From Candidatus Woesearchaeota archaeon UBA489 (GTDB taxonomy: Archaea > Nanobdellota > Nanobdellia > SCGC-AAA011-G17 > UBA489): DNA of 54,525 nt. The stretch spans positions 1-54,525 of the forward strand of contig DAVM01000020.1 of the NCBI GenBank assembly GCA_002505585.1. Reading direction: 5' to 3'. This document shows positions 29,376 through 38,320 of the stretch, piece after piece. The translations under genes and the position numbers were made by a program. The number at the start of each line of letters is the position of its first letter. Within the stretch, counting starts at the first letter, position 1. The notes under the pieces are model-generated. The model was not told the DNA's origin and did not search any database. It saw nothing but the letters and a program-made list of their open reading frames with translations.

Positions 29376-29385
29376 GTATCTCACA

Positions 29386-29868
29386 GTGCAACAAAAAATT
29401 AAGTCTAGAGATGAAATTAAAAAGATAGTTAATATTTTAAGAGAGCAAAATAAAAAGATTGTTACTACTAATGGCTCTTTTGATATTTTGCATGTTGGTC
29501 ATATTCAAAGTTTGGTGGATGCAAAAAAGCAAGGTGATGTATTAATTGTTGGGTTAAATAGTGATTCTTCAATTAAACAATATAAATCTCTTAATCGACC
29601 AATAAATCCTGAACAAAATCGTGCTTTAATGCTTGCTGCTTTAGCTTGTGTTGATTACGTTTCTATCTTCTCTGAACTTAACCCTAATGCTTTACTTAGA
29701 ATAATTAAGCCTGATTTTCACATTAAATCTAAATCTGGGTTTACTGGTGTTGAAAAAGAAGCTGTTGAAGAATCTGGTGGTAAAATTATCTTGCAAGAGG
29801 ATATTCCTGGACTCTCTACTAGCAATATTATCAAAAAAATTCTTGAAGCATATTCAAGAAAGGAATAA
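29386..29868 (+). CDS. Cytidylyltransferase-family nucleotidyltransferase, RfaE/HldE domain II-like
   Basis: TNGSFDILHVGH, VGLNSDSS, RPIN...RALMLAALACVDYV, GLSTSNII; GTG start. Confidence 0.82.
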   Translation: MQQKIKSRDEIKKIVNILREQNKKIVTTNGSFDILHVGHIQSLVDAKKQGDVLIVGLNSDSSIKQYKSLNRPINPEQNRALMLAALACVDYVSIFSELNPNALLRIIKPDFHIKSKSGFTGVEKEAVEESGGKIILQEDIPGLSTSNIIKKILEAYSRKE

Positions 29869-29935
29869 CTTCTCATCTACCACCTTCATCTTTATATACT
29901 CTTCCTTCTTTCTTTAATTTCCCTGGGGGATTAAG

Positions 29936-31954
29936 GTGGTTGATGCACAAGATCAAATCGAAAAATTCAAGGATTTTATTGAAGCAAATTACTTAAAAGA
30001 TTTACATGAATTGGCTCGTACTGGTCAGAAAGCTTTGTTAGTTGATTTTAATGATCTCTCCAAGTTTGATTTAAGTCTCTCTGAGGAACTTTTGAATGAG
30101 CCTGAAGAAACTATTCATGCTGCTAAGGTTGCTTTAGAACAGTTTGATTTAGACGGCAAAGAGCTATTAAAAGTTCGTTTTTTTGGTCTTCCTGAGTCTG
30201 AAAGGGTTAAGATTCGTGATATTCGTAGTGCTCATTTAGGTAAGTTTATGCTTATTGAGGGTACTATTCGTCAGGCTTCTGATGTTCGTCCTCAAGTTAT
30301 TTCTGCTAAGTTTGAGTGTCCTGCTTGTGGTAATTTACTTACTATTCCTCAAATTGAGCAAAAATTCAAAGAACCTTCTAGTTGTTCTTGTGGTCGGCGT
30401 GGTCGTTTTCGTATGGTTGATAAAACTCTTGTTGATGTGCAAAGATTAGTTCTTGAAGAAAATCCTGAGTCTATGGAAGGTGGTGAACAACAAAAGCGTA
30501 TTGCTCTGTTTTTGCGTGAAGATTTAGTTGAACCTAAGATGGAAAAAAAGACTACTCCTGGTTCTAAGGTTAAGGCTTATGGTGTTTTGGAAGAGATTCC
30601 TATTCCTTCTAAGTCTGGTGGACAATTAACTCGTTATGATCTTGCTGTTGCTGTGAATTATATTGAACCTTTGGAAGAAACTTTTGATGATTTGGTTATT
30701 AGTCCTGAAGATGAAATTCAAATTAAACAATTAGCTAAAGATCCTAAAGTATATCAAAAATTCATTAATTCTATTGCTCCTTCTATTTATGGTCATGAAG
30801 ATGTGAAGGGTGCTTTATTCCTACAAATGATGGGTGGTGTTCGTAAAGAGAAAGCTGATGGTACTATTACTCGTGGTGATATTCATATTTTATTAGTTGG
30901 TGATCCTGGTGTTGCTAAGTCTACTATGCTTACTTTTATTGGTAAGGCTGCTCCTCGTTCTCGTTTTGTTGCTGGTCGTGGTGCTTCTTCTGCTGGTATT
31001 ACTGCTTCTGTTGTTAAAGACGAATTCCTTCGTGGTTTTGCTTTGGAGGCTGGTGCTATTGTGTTAGCTTCTAATGGTGTTCTTTGTTTGGATGAGATGG
31101 ATAAGATGACTGTTGAGGATACTTCTGCTTTGCATGAAGCTATGGAACAACAACAAGTTACTATTACTAAGGCTAATATTCAGGCTACTTTGACTGCTCG
31201 TACTACTGTTTTGGCTGCTGCTAATCCTAAACTTGGACGTTTTGATCCTTACCAACCTATTGCTGCTCAGATTGATTTGCCTCCTGCTTTAATTAATCGT
31301 TTTGATTTAATTTTTCCTTTTAGGGATATTCCTGATAAGGATAAGGATGCTCGTATTGCTTCACAAATTTTAGAAAAGAATGTTGGTAGTCATGAGCCTG
31401 ATATTTCTGTTGAACTCTTAAGAAAATTTGTTGCTTATGTAAAACAACATGTGTTTCCTGTTTTAACTACTGGTGCTGTTGATGAAATTAAAAATTTTTA
31501 TGTGAGCTTAAGAAATACTGGTACTAGTATGGGTGATGATGCTGTGAAACCTATTCCTATTTCTGCTCGTCAGTTGGAAGCTTTGGTTCGTTTAGCTGAG
31601 GGTTCTGCTAGAGTTCGTTTAGCTACTAAAGTTACTCGTAGTGATGCTAGAAAAGCTATTTCTGTTTTGAAACATTGTTTGATGCAGGTTGGTTTTGATC
31701 CTGAAACTGGGCAGATGGATATTGATCGTATTACTACTGGTATTCCTGCTTCTACTAGAAACAAAATTTTGGTTGTTCGTGAAATTATTAAAGAATTAGA
31801 AGCTACTGGGAAAAAGACTATTCCTATTGAGGATGTGCTTGCTGAGGCTTCTGAGAAGAATTTAACTGAATCACAAGTTGAAGAGATTATTGAGAAATTG
31901 AAGCGTGAAGGAGAAGTGTATGAACCTAAAAGAGGGTGGATTGCACGTTTATGA
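29936..31954 (+). CDS. mcm: Replicative helicase MCM
   Basis: Zn finger CPAC..CSC, GDPGVAKS, LDEMDKM, AAANP, RFDLIF, SARQLE, C-terminal wH; GTG start after GGGGG. Confidence 0.97.
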   Translation: MVDAQDQIEKFKDFIEANYLKDLHELARTGQKALLVDFNDLSKFDLSLSEELLNEPEETIHAAKVALEQFDLDGKELLKVRFFGLPESERVKIRDIRSAHLGKFMLIEGTIRQASDVRPQVISAKFECPACGNLLTIPQIEQKFKEPSSCSCGRRGRFRMVDKTLVDVQRLVLEENPESMEGGEQQKRIALFLREDLVEPKMEKKTTPGSKVKAYGVLEEIPIPSKSGGQLTRYDLAVAVNYIEPLEETFDDLVISPEDEIQIKQLAKDPKVYQKFINSIAPSIYGHEDVKGALFLQMMGGVRKEKADGTITRGDIHILLVGDPGVAKSTMLTFIGKAAPRSRFVAGRGASSAGITASVVKDEFLRGFALEAGAIVLASNGVLCLDEMDKMTVEDTSALHEAMEQQQVTITKANIQATLTARTTVLAAANPKLGRFDPYQPIAAQIDLPPALINRFDLIFPFRDIPDKDKDARIASQILEKNVGSHEPDISVELLRKFVAYVKQHVFPVLTTGAVDEIKNFYVSLRNTGTSMGDDAVKPIPISARQLEALVRLAEGSARVRLATKVTRSDARKAISVLKHCLMQVGFDPETGQMDIDRITTGIPASTRNKILVVREIIKELEATGKKTIPIEDVLAEASEKNLTESQVEEIIEKLKREGEVYEPKRGWIARL

Positions 31955-32643
31955 TGCAACAAAAAAGACAGACTGCTTTTAAAATTTGGATTGCTAATTT
32001 AATTAATGGTCAGTTTATTAAACAGCCTGGTGAGTGGGATCCTAATTTTGTGTTATGTAGTGATGTAAAAGTTTCTCGTGTTAATATTTTGGCTATTGTT
32101 ATTAGTTCTGAGTTTGGAGAAAATGTTGGTAGTGTTACTTTAGATGATGGTTCTGCTACTATTCAACTTCGCGCTTTTAAAGAAGATGTTGGTGCTTTGC
32201 GTGAAGTAAATATTGGTGATGTTGTTTTAGTTATTGGTCGTCCTCGTGAATTTCAAGGAAGTTTGTATATTACTCCTGAGATTATTAAGAAGGTTGATAA
32301 TCCTGCTTGGATGAATGTGAGAAAGTTAGAGTTAACTAAATTATTTGGTGCTCCACAAACTGTTGTTAAACAACCTGTTCCTGTTGCAACTCCTCCTGAA
32401 CAAATTGTTGTTAATACAGAAGGTACTTCTACTCCACAAACTCCTCCTCAAAACCCTGCTACTGAGAGTGGTAGACAAAAAGTTTTGAATATTATTGAAA
32501 AAGCTAGTGAGGCTGGCATGAGTGTTGAAGAAGTTATTACTGTATCTCAATTATCTGATTCTGAAGTTGATGGTATTGTGCAAGAGTTGTTAAAAGATGG
32601 AGAAATTTATATGCCTAAACCAGGGCAAGTTAAAATTGTCTAA
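31951..32643 (+). CDS. RPA32/RPA2-like OB-fold protein with linker and C-terminal winged helix
   Basis: VSRVNILA, LDDGSATIQLRAF, VLVIGRPREF; Pro/Thr linker; LLKDGEIYMPKPG; ATG 31951 overlaps the mcm stop. Confidence 0.8.
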   Translation: MMQQKRQTAFKIWIANLINGQFIKQPGEWDPNFVLCSDVKVSRVNILAIVISSEFGENVGSVTLDDGSATIQLRAFKEDVGALREVNIGDVVLVIGRPREFQGSLYITPEIIKKVDNPAWMNVRKLELTKLFGAPQTVVKQPVPVATPPEQIVVNTEGTSTPQTPPQNPATESGRQKVLNIIEKASEAGMSVEEVITVSQLSDSEVDGIVQELLKDGEIYMPKPGQVKIV

Positions 32644-32688
32644 ATACCCACCCAAAGCTTTAAATAACTGATTCTGAGATAGTTGAAT

Positions 32689-33102
32689 ATGACTAAATTT
32701 GATTACTCTACATTATTGAAAGAAGCTAAGGCTAAACTTCCTGAGATCAAACAGACTACTGAGAGGTTTGAAATACCTAAGGTTACTGGTCATGTGCAAG
32801 GTAATAAGACTATTATTGTTAATTTTTCTAAAATTTGTACTGTTTTAAGAAGAGAACCTTCTCAAGTAATTAAATATCTGCAACGTGAGTTGGCTACTCC
32901 TGCTTCTGCTGATGGGCAGCGTTTAGTTCTTGGAAGGAAGATTACTTCTTCTGTTATTAATGAGAAGATTGCTAAGTATGCTAAAGAGTTTGTTCTTTGT
33001 AAGGAATGTGGTAAACCTGATACTAAAATTTTAAGAGAAGAACGTATTTCTTCTTTGAAGTGTCTAGCTTGTGGTGCTAAACATCCTATTAAGGCTAAGT
33101 GA
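32689..33102 (+). CDS. eif2b: Translation initiation factor aIF-2 beta
   Basis: RFEIP, GNKTIIVNF, RELAT, CKECGKPDT...CLACGA. Confidence 0.95.
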   Translation: MTKFDYSTLLKEAKAKLPEIKQTTERFEIPKVTGHVQGNKTIIVNFSKICTVLRREPSQVIKYLQRELATPASADGQRLVLGRKITSSVINEKIAKYAKEFVLCKECGKPDTKILREERISSLKCLACGAKHPIKAK

Positions 33103-33103
33103 G

Positions 33104-33421
33104 ATGAAAAAGAAACAACAACATCGTGCTAGTAATTATTTTGAGGCAACTATTCAATTACGTCCTAAGTCTCCTGTTTTGTTAGAATTTGTTGTTAATG
33201 AGGTTGAGAAGCGTAAGGATGTTTTTATTAGTGAGGTTAAAACTTGTAAGACTGGTTTTGATGTGCTTATTTCTTCTCAACGTTTTGCTCGTTCTTTAGG
33301 AAAAAAGATGAAAGATAGGTTTAAAGGTGAGTTAAAAGTCACTAAAACGCTTTTTTCTCGTGATAGGCAGTCTAGTAAGACTCTGTATCGCGCTACTGTT
33401 CTCTTTCGTCTAGAAGAGTAA
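33104..33421 (+). CDS. Short NMD3-family protein (middle domain only)
   Basis: YFEATIQLR, GFDVLISSQRFARSLGKKM, KTLFSRDRQSSKTLYRATVLFR resemble the central region of archaeal Nmd3. Confidence 0.7.
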   Translation: MKKKQQHRASNYFEATIQLRPKSPVLLEFVVNEVEKRKDVFISEVKTCKTGFDVLISSQRFARSLGKKMKDRFKGELKVTKTLFSRDRQSSKTLYRATVLFRLEE

Positions 33422-33469
33422 GGTATTTAAACAAGATTTGTCTTTCTATTTCAGGAAAAGTTGGTGATA

Positions 33470-35788
33470 ATGATTAACAGACTATATTACTTTGGGATTA
33501 TTTTCATTTTGTTATGTTCCACAGCTTTTGCTTCTTCTTTTGTTATTAAAGGTACGAATGATAAGTTAGAGATTAATGAAGAGTTTGGTGATGCAACTGG
33601 AGCTTTAACTTCTTCAAATCTTGCTGAATTAAAGAGTGGTTCTGTTAAAGCAAAGGAAGGTACTACTACTTATAATCAATACATTAGGTTTAAAGATACA
33701 AAGACAGCCATTGCAAGTCCTATTATTTTGTTAGATAAGTCTGATGCTGGTGATGTTGAAACTTTTTTGAGGATTGCTGAAGGTAGTGCTGTTACTAATG
33801 CTTTTTTTGAGTATCATTTAGAGTTTGAGGATGGTTTAAAATCTAAAGTGAAAGATGATGTTTTGACTAGTATTGATGGTGCAGAAGTAAATATTTTTGG
33901 CAGGGATTATTTGCTTGTTGAGGGTACTTTAAAAAATAATAGGATAAATTTAATTTTTGCTGCTGGTGCTATTGTTGATTACTTAAAAGAGGGTGAACAA
34001 AAAGAGTATACTATTGGTGAAAAAACTTATGTGGTTAATATTAAGACTATTGATGCTACTTCAAAGTCTGCTATTTTAACTGTTAATGGAAAAGATTTAC
34101 AAAAGTTGTCAAAGGCTGAGACTGTTGATTTGGGTGATGGTTTAACTTTGGGTGTGACTGATGTATTAGTTAGTGCTGGAGATAATAATTTTGTGCAGTT
34201 TTTTATTGGTGCTGAGCTCTTAGAGTTTGAGGATACAAATTATGCTGATGATTCTTTTAATAAGGGTGTAAAGCTTAATAAAGAAAAAATTGCTGATGCT
34301 TTTGTAAAAGTTTCTGCTAGTTTAGTAAATGATGTTTTGAAGATTTCTGATATTAAATATAGGGCTCTTGTGAAGACTAATATTCATCTTAAGATTGGTG
34401 AAAAACTTTCTAGTTATATGAAAGATGTTAAGCCTTTGTTAGGTGTTTGGGATTTAACTTTTGATGGTTTAAATTCTGTTGCTTCGTCACAAATTTCTTT
34501 TATTCCTTCAGGTAATGAGGATGAGTATACTCTTTCTTTTAAGAACCTTGATAGTCTTAGTATGAATGTTCCTTTTGTTTCAAACAAGGGATCTTTTAAA
34601 TTTGGTGATGATGATCAAGATGTAGTTTTTGTTGAAGCAAGTTCGCAAACAGGGTATAATATTGATCAAAGTGATTATTTTGTTTTAACTTCAAGTAATG
34701 CTAAGACTGGAAAGACTTACATTATGAAATATGATAGTATTGATACACAAGAACAAACTTTGCAATTTGAACAGGTTGGTGGTGGTTCAAAATCTGTACC
34801 TTATACTAATGCTACTTCTGGTATTTTGGGTGAAGCTGAATTAACTGTTGGTAGTGTTACTGCAAAAATAAATATTGAAGATGCTTCTGGGAATAAATTG
34901 GCTATTGATCAAAATGGTGATGGTGATCATGCTGGTGATGAAATGAATCTTATTGTGGAAGGTGGAGGTATTCTTGATATGGGAAGTTCTAATTCTATTG
35001 CTGGTTCAACTCACTCAATCACTTTAACGACTCCTAATAGTAAATTAGAAGAGTCTTCTACTGATGAAACTATTACTATTGTTTTTGATACTACTCTTGG
35101 TCCTAAAGCAAGTATTCAGTCATCTTTTTCTGGTTTAACTACTTATCGTACTAGTGGTAATCATGTTCTTGGATTAACACCTTATGGGTCTTTTTATGAT
35201 TTAACTGATACTCAAGGTAATGCTGCTGTGTTAAGTATTCATTATCCTAAAGAGCAAGTGTTTACTTCTGCAACTATTTCTTTAGCTGCTGGAAAGGCAG
35301 GTCTTTCTACAAATATTAAGAATATTAAAGTAACTACTTGTTCTAATGGTAAACAAGATGGTGATGAGACTGGTGTTGATTGTGGTGGTTCTTGTGGTGC
35401 TTGTGCTTCTTGTTTTGATAGACAAAAAAATCAAGATGAGACTGGTGTTGATTGTGGTGGTTCTTGTGAAAAAAGATGTGAACCTAAAAAAGACGAAAAG
35501 AAAGGTGAGTGTGCTGATGGTTGTTTACAATCTTTGTCTGGTAAAAAAACTGTTTGTTTAAAAGTTGGTGATATTGTGAAAGAGCGGTATTGTGCAGTTG
35601 ATCAATCTATTAAAGCTCAAAAACGTAATGGTATGGTTTGTAGTGCTGATTATGAGTGTTTAACTAAGAAGTGTGTTGATAGTAAATGTGGTAGGAAAGT
35701 GACTGTTGTGCAGTGGGCTGTGAATGGCGTGATTCTTTTGATTATTCTTGGTGTTTTATGGTATGGTTTTGTTTTGTTGAGAAGGTAA
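33470..35788 (+). CDS. S-layer-like surface protein with Cys-rich stalk and C-terminal TM anchor
   Basis: Signal peptide, acidic beta-rich body, 16 Cys in the C-terminal region, TM VILLIILGVLWYGFVLL followed by RR. Confidence 0.7.
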   Translation: MINRLYYFGIIFILLCSTAFASSFVIKGTNDKLEINEEFGDATGALTSSNLAELKSGSVKAKEGTTTYNQYIRFKDTKTAIASPIILLDKSDAGDVETFLRIAEGSAVTNAFFEYHLEFEDGLKSKVKDDVLTSIDGAEVNIFGRDYLLVEGTLKNNRINLIFAAGAIVDYLKEGEQKEYTIGEKTYVVNIKTIDATSKSAILTVNGKDLQKLSKAETVDLGDGLTLGVTDVLVSAGDNNFVQFFIGAELLEFEDTNYADDSFNKGVKLNKEKIADAFVKVSASLVNDVLKISDIKYRALVKTNIHLKIGEKLSSYMKDVKPLLGVWDLTFDGLNSVASSQISFIPSGNEDEYTLSFKNLDSLSMNVPFVSNKGSFKFGDDDQDVVFVEASSQTGYNIDQSDYFVLTSSNAKTGKTYIMKYDSIDTQEQTLQFEQVGGGSKSVPYTNATSGILGEAELTVGSVTAKINIEDASGNKLAIDQNGDGDHAGDEMNLIVEGGGILDMGSSNSIAGSTHSITLTTPNSKLEESSTDETITIVFDTTLGPKASIQSSFSGLTTYRTSGNHVLGLTPYGSFYDLTDTQGNAAVLSIHYPKEQVFTSATISLAAGKAGLSTNIKNIKVTTCSNGKQDGDETGVDCGGSCGACASCFDRQKNQDETGVDCGGSCEKRCEPKKDEKKGECADGCLQSLSGKKTVCLKVGDIVKERYCAVDQSIKAQKRNGMVCSADYECLTKKCVDSKCGRKVTVVQWAVNGVILLIILGVLWYGFVLLRR
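35363..35468 (+). repeat. Two identical 34-bp direct repeats (35363-35396 and 35435-35468) encoding DETGVDCGGSC
   Basis: gatgagactggtgttgattgtggtggttcttgtg occurs twice, 72 bp apart and in frame. Confidence 0.9.
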
Positions 35789-35800
35789 GTCTCCATAACC

Positions 35801-35808
35801 TTTATAAA
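35801..35808 (+). promoter_or_regulatory. TATA box of aIF-1A gene
   Basis: TTTATAAA ending 26 nt before ATG 35834. Confidence 0.6.
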
Positions 35809-35833
35809 TTGCTTTTGTACTGGATTCTTCACT

Positions 35834-36178
35834 ATGTCTAAGAAAAAAGAAGAACTAGCAAGGCAAGAGCAGGTTAATGAAGAGATTCGTAGAGTAAAGC
35901 TTCCTCGTGATAAGCAAACTATTGGTATTCTTGATCAACGTTTGGGTGCTTCTCGTATGCGTGTTATTTGTTTAGATGGAAAAGTGCGTTTATGTCGTAT
36001 TCCTGGTCGTTTAAAGCGCCGTTTGTGGGTTCGTGCTGGTGATATTGTTTTGGTTGAGCCTTGGGAGTATAGTGGTGATGAGAAGGGTGACATTATTTTC
36101 AAATATAAACAAACTCAGGTTTCTTGGTTACGAAGAAAGGGATATCTTAAGAAATTAGATGAGTTTAAAGAGTTCTAA
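35834..36178 (+). CDS. eif1a: Translation initiation factor aIF-1A
   Basis: [41 protein letters not shown]. Confidence 0.96.
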   Translation: MSKKKEELARQEQVNEEIRRVKLPRDKQTIGILDQRLGASRMRVICLDGKVRLCRIPGRLKRRLWVRAGDIVLVEPWEYSGDEKGDIIFKYKQTQVSWLRRKGYLKKLDEFKEF

Positions 36179-36181
36179 ACA

Positions 36182-36703
36182 ATGTATGAGTCTGAATTGA
36201 AAATTCCTCAGGATAGGGTTGCTGTATTGATTGGAGTGAAAGGTGCTACTAAGTATGCTATTCAGAATGCTACCCATACTAAGATTGAAGTGAGTAAAGA
36301 TGGTGATGTATTAATTAGTGCTGATGAAGCTGTTGCTCCTTTTATTGCTACTCCTATTGTGAAAGCTATTGGTCGTGGTTTTAATCCTGTTATTGCTTTA
36401 AAATTAATAAAAGATACTTTTTGTTTAGAAATTATTAACATGCAAGATTTTACTAAACGTTCTGTTAAAAAATTAGTTCGTATTAAAGCTAGGTTGATTG
36501 GTACTAAAGGTAAGGCTCGTCGTTTAATTGAAAGGATGACTAATACTCGTATTGTTGTTTATGGAAAAACTGTTGCTCTTATTGGAAAAACTGATGATGT
36601 TGCTATTACAAAACAAGCTATTGAAAAGTTATTAGGCGGTTCTCCTCATGGTAATGTGTACAAATTTATCAATGATCAATACCATAATTTAAAAACTGCA
36701 TGA
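36182..36703 (+). CDS. KH-domain rRNA processing protein (Dim2/Pno1-like)
   Basis: IPQDRVAVLIGVKG, AIGRGF, RLIGTKGKARR, GSPHGNVY. Confidence 0.9.
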   Translation: MYESELKIPQDRVAVLIGVKGATKYAIQNATHTKIEVSKDGDVLISADEAVAPFIATPIVKAIGRGFNPVIALKLIKDTFCLEIINMQDFTKRSVKKLVRIKARLIGTKGKARRLIERMTNTRIVVYGKTVALIGKTDDVAITKQAIEKLLGGSPHGNVYKFINDQYHNLKTA

Positions 36704-36711
36704 GCATAAAC

Positions 36712-36719
36712 TTTATAAA
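36712..36719 (+). promoter_or_regulatory. TATA box of top6B
   Basis: ATAAAC-TTTATAAA ending 25 nt before ATG 36744. Confidence 0.6.
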
Positions 36720-36743
36720 CCCATTACTTTATTTTGCTTTTGG

Positions 36744-38318
36744 ATGGCAACGACGAAGAAAAAATCTTCTATTAAAGCTGAAGAGTTAGCAAAGGAACAA
36801 AAACAAGTTAGTGTTAGTGAATTTTTTCTAAAAAATAGGCATTTGTTAGGTTTTGATAATCCTTTGAAAGCTTTATCCACTACAGTAAAAGAGCTTGTGG
36901 ATAATGCTTTGGATGCTTGTGAAGAGATGCGTGTTCTTCCTGAGATTATTATTCAAATTAAGCCTGCTGGAGAAAATAGGTTTGTTATTGTTGTGGAGGA
37001 TAATGGGCCTGGTATTGTAAAAAAACAGATTCCTAATGTGTTTGCTCGTTTGTTGTATGGGAGTAAATTTCATTCTATGAAGCAAGGTCGTGGACAACAA
37101 GGTATTGGTGTTTCTGCTTCTGTTTTATATGGTCAACTAACTACTGGAAAGTCTACTAAAATCACTTCTCGTATTGATCCTAAACATAAAGCTCATTATT
37201 TTGAATTAAACATTAACACTTTAAAAAATGAACCTGAAATTGTTACTGATAAAGAAATTGAGTGGATGAATAAAGATCATGGTACTAAAGTTGAATTAGA
37301 GTTGGAAGGGAAATATCAAAAAGGTAAATTAAGTGTTGATGAATATGTTAAACAAAGTGCTATTTCTAATCCTCATGCACAGTTTACTTACATTAGTCCT
37401 CTTAAAGAAAAAGTTATGTATCGAAGGGCAACTAAAGAGTTACCTAAAGAACCTAAGAAAGTAAAACCACATCCTTATGGTGTTGAGTTAGGTATGCTTA
37501 TGCGTATGTTAAAAGATACTTCTGCAAAAACTTTAGAAAAGTTTTTTACTAAGGAATTTTCTCGTGTTTCTCCTAATGTTGCTAAAGAAATTTGTAAAAA
37601 ATCTAATCTTGCACAAAGTATGAAACCTAAAGAAGTTAGTCATGCTAATGCTGATGCTATTTTCAAAACTATTCAAGAAACTAAATTAATGGCTCCTCCT
37701 ACTGATTGTTTAAGTCCTATTGGTGAAGAAATTTTAGTGAAATCTTTAAAGAAAGAAGTTGATGCTGAGTTTTTTACTAGTATTACTCGTCCTACTGCTG
37801 TGTATCGTGGTGTGCCTTTCCAAATTGAAGCTGCTATTGCTTATGGTGGTTCTTTGCAAGCTGATAATTTAGTTCGTTTATTGCGTTTTGCTAATAAAGT
37901 TCCTCTCCAATACCAGCAATCTGCTTGTGCTGTGACTAGTGCTACAGTGAATACTTTGTGGAAGAATTATGGTATGCAACAAAGTAGAGGTGCTTTGCCT
38001 TCAGGTGCTGCTATGTTAGTTGTGCATATTGCTTCTGTTTGGGTACCTTTTACTTCTGAATCTAAAGAATCTATTGCTCACTATCCTGAGATTATTAAAG
38101 AAATTAAACTTGCTTTGCAGGGTTGTGGTAGGTTACTTGGAAGGTATTTGAGTAAAAAAAGAAAGGTTGCTGATGCTGAGAAAAAGAAGTCTTACATCAC
38201 TAAGTACATTCCTCATATTGGTGAGGCTTTGAAGGATTTATTAAGTTTAAAAGAAACTGATGAAAAAAAGGTTATTATTTTATTAACTGAAGAATTAGAA
38301 AAGTCGAGGAAAATGTAA
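36744..38318 (+). CDS. top6B: DNA topoisomerase VI subunit B
   Basis: GHKL motifs ELVDNALDA, EDNGPG, GSKF...GQQGIG, HGT; transducer LRFANKVPL. Confidence 0.97.
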   Translation: MATTKKKSSIKAEELAKEQKQVSVSEFFLKNRHLLGFDNPLKALSTTVKELVDNALDACEEMRVLPEIIIQIKPAGENRFVIVVEDNGPGIVKKQIPNVFARLLYGSKFHSMKQGRGQQGIGVSASVLYGQLTTGKSTKITSRIDPKHKAHYFELNINTLKNEPEIVTDKEIEWMNKDHGTKVELELEGKYQKGKLSVDEYVKQSAISNPHAQFTYISPLKEKVMYRRATKELPKEPKKVKPHPYGVELGMLMRMLKDTSAKTLEKFFTKEFSRVSPNVAKEICKKSNLAQSMKPKEVSHANADAIFKTIQETKLMAPPTDCLSPIGEEILVKSLKKEVDAEFFTSITRPTAVYRGVPFQIEAAIAYGGSLQADNLVRLLRFANKVPLQYQQSACAVTSATVNTLWKNYGMQQSRGALPSGAAMLVVHIASVWVPFTSESKESIAHYPEIIKEIKLALQGCGRLLGRYLSKKRKVADAEKKKSYITKYIPHIGEALKDLLSLKETDEKKVIILLTEELEKSRKM

Positions 38319-38320
38319 TC

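Noticed and set aside
35363-35468. 34-bp direct repeats as a mini CRISPR array
   Set aside because: Only two copies, in frame within a CDS, encoding a Cys motif; no cas genes or leader.
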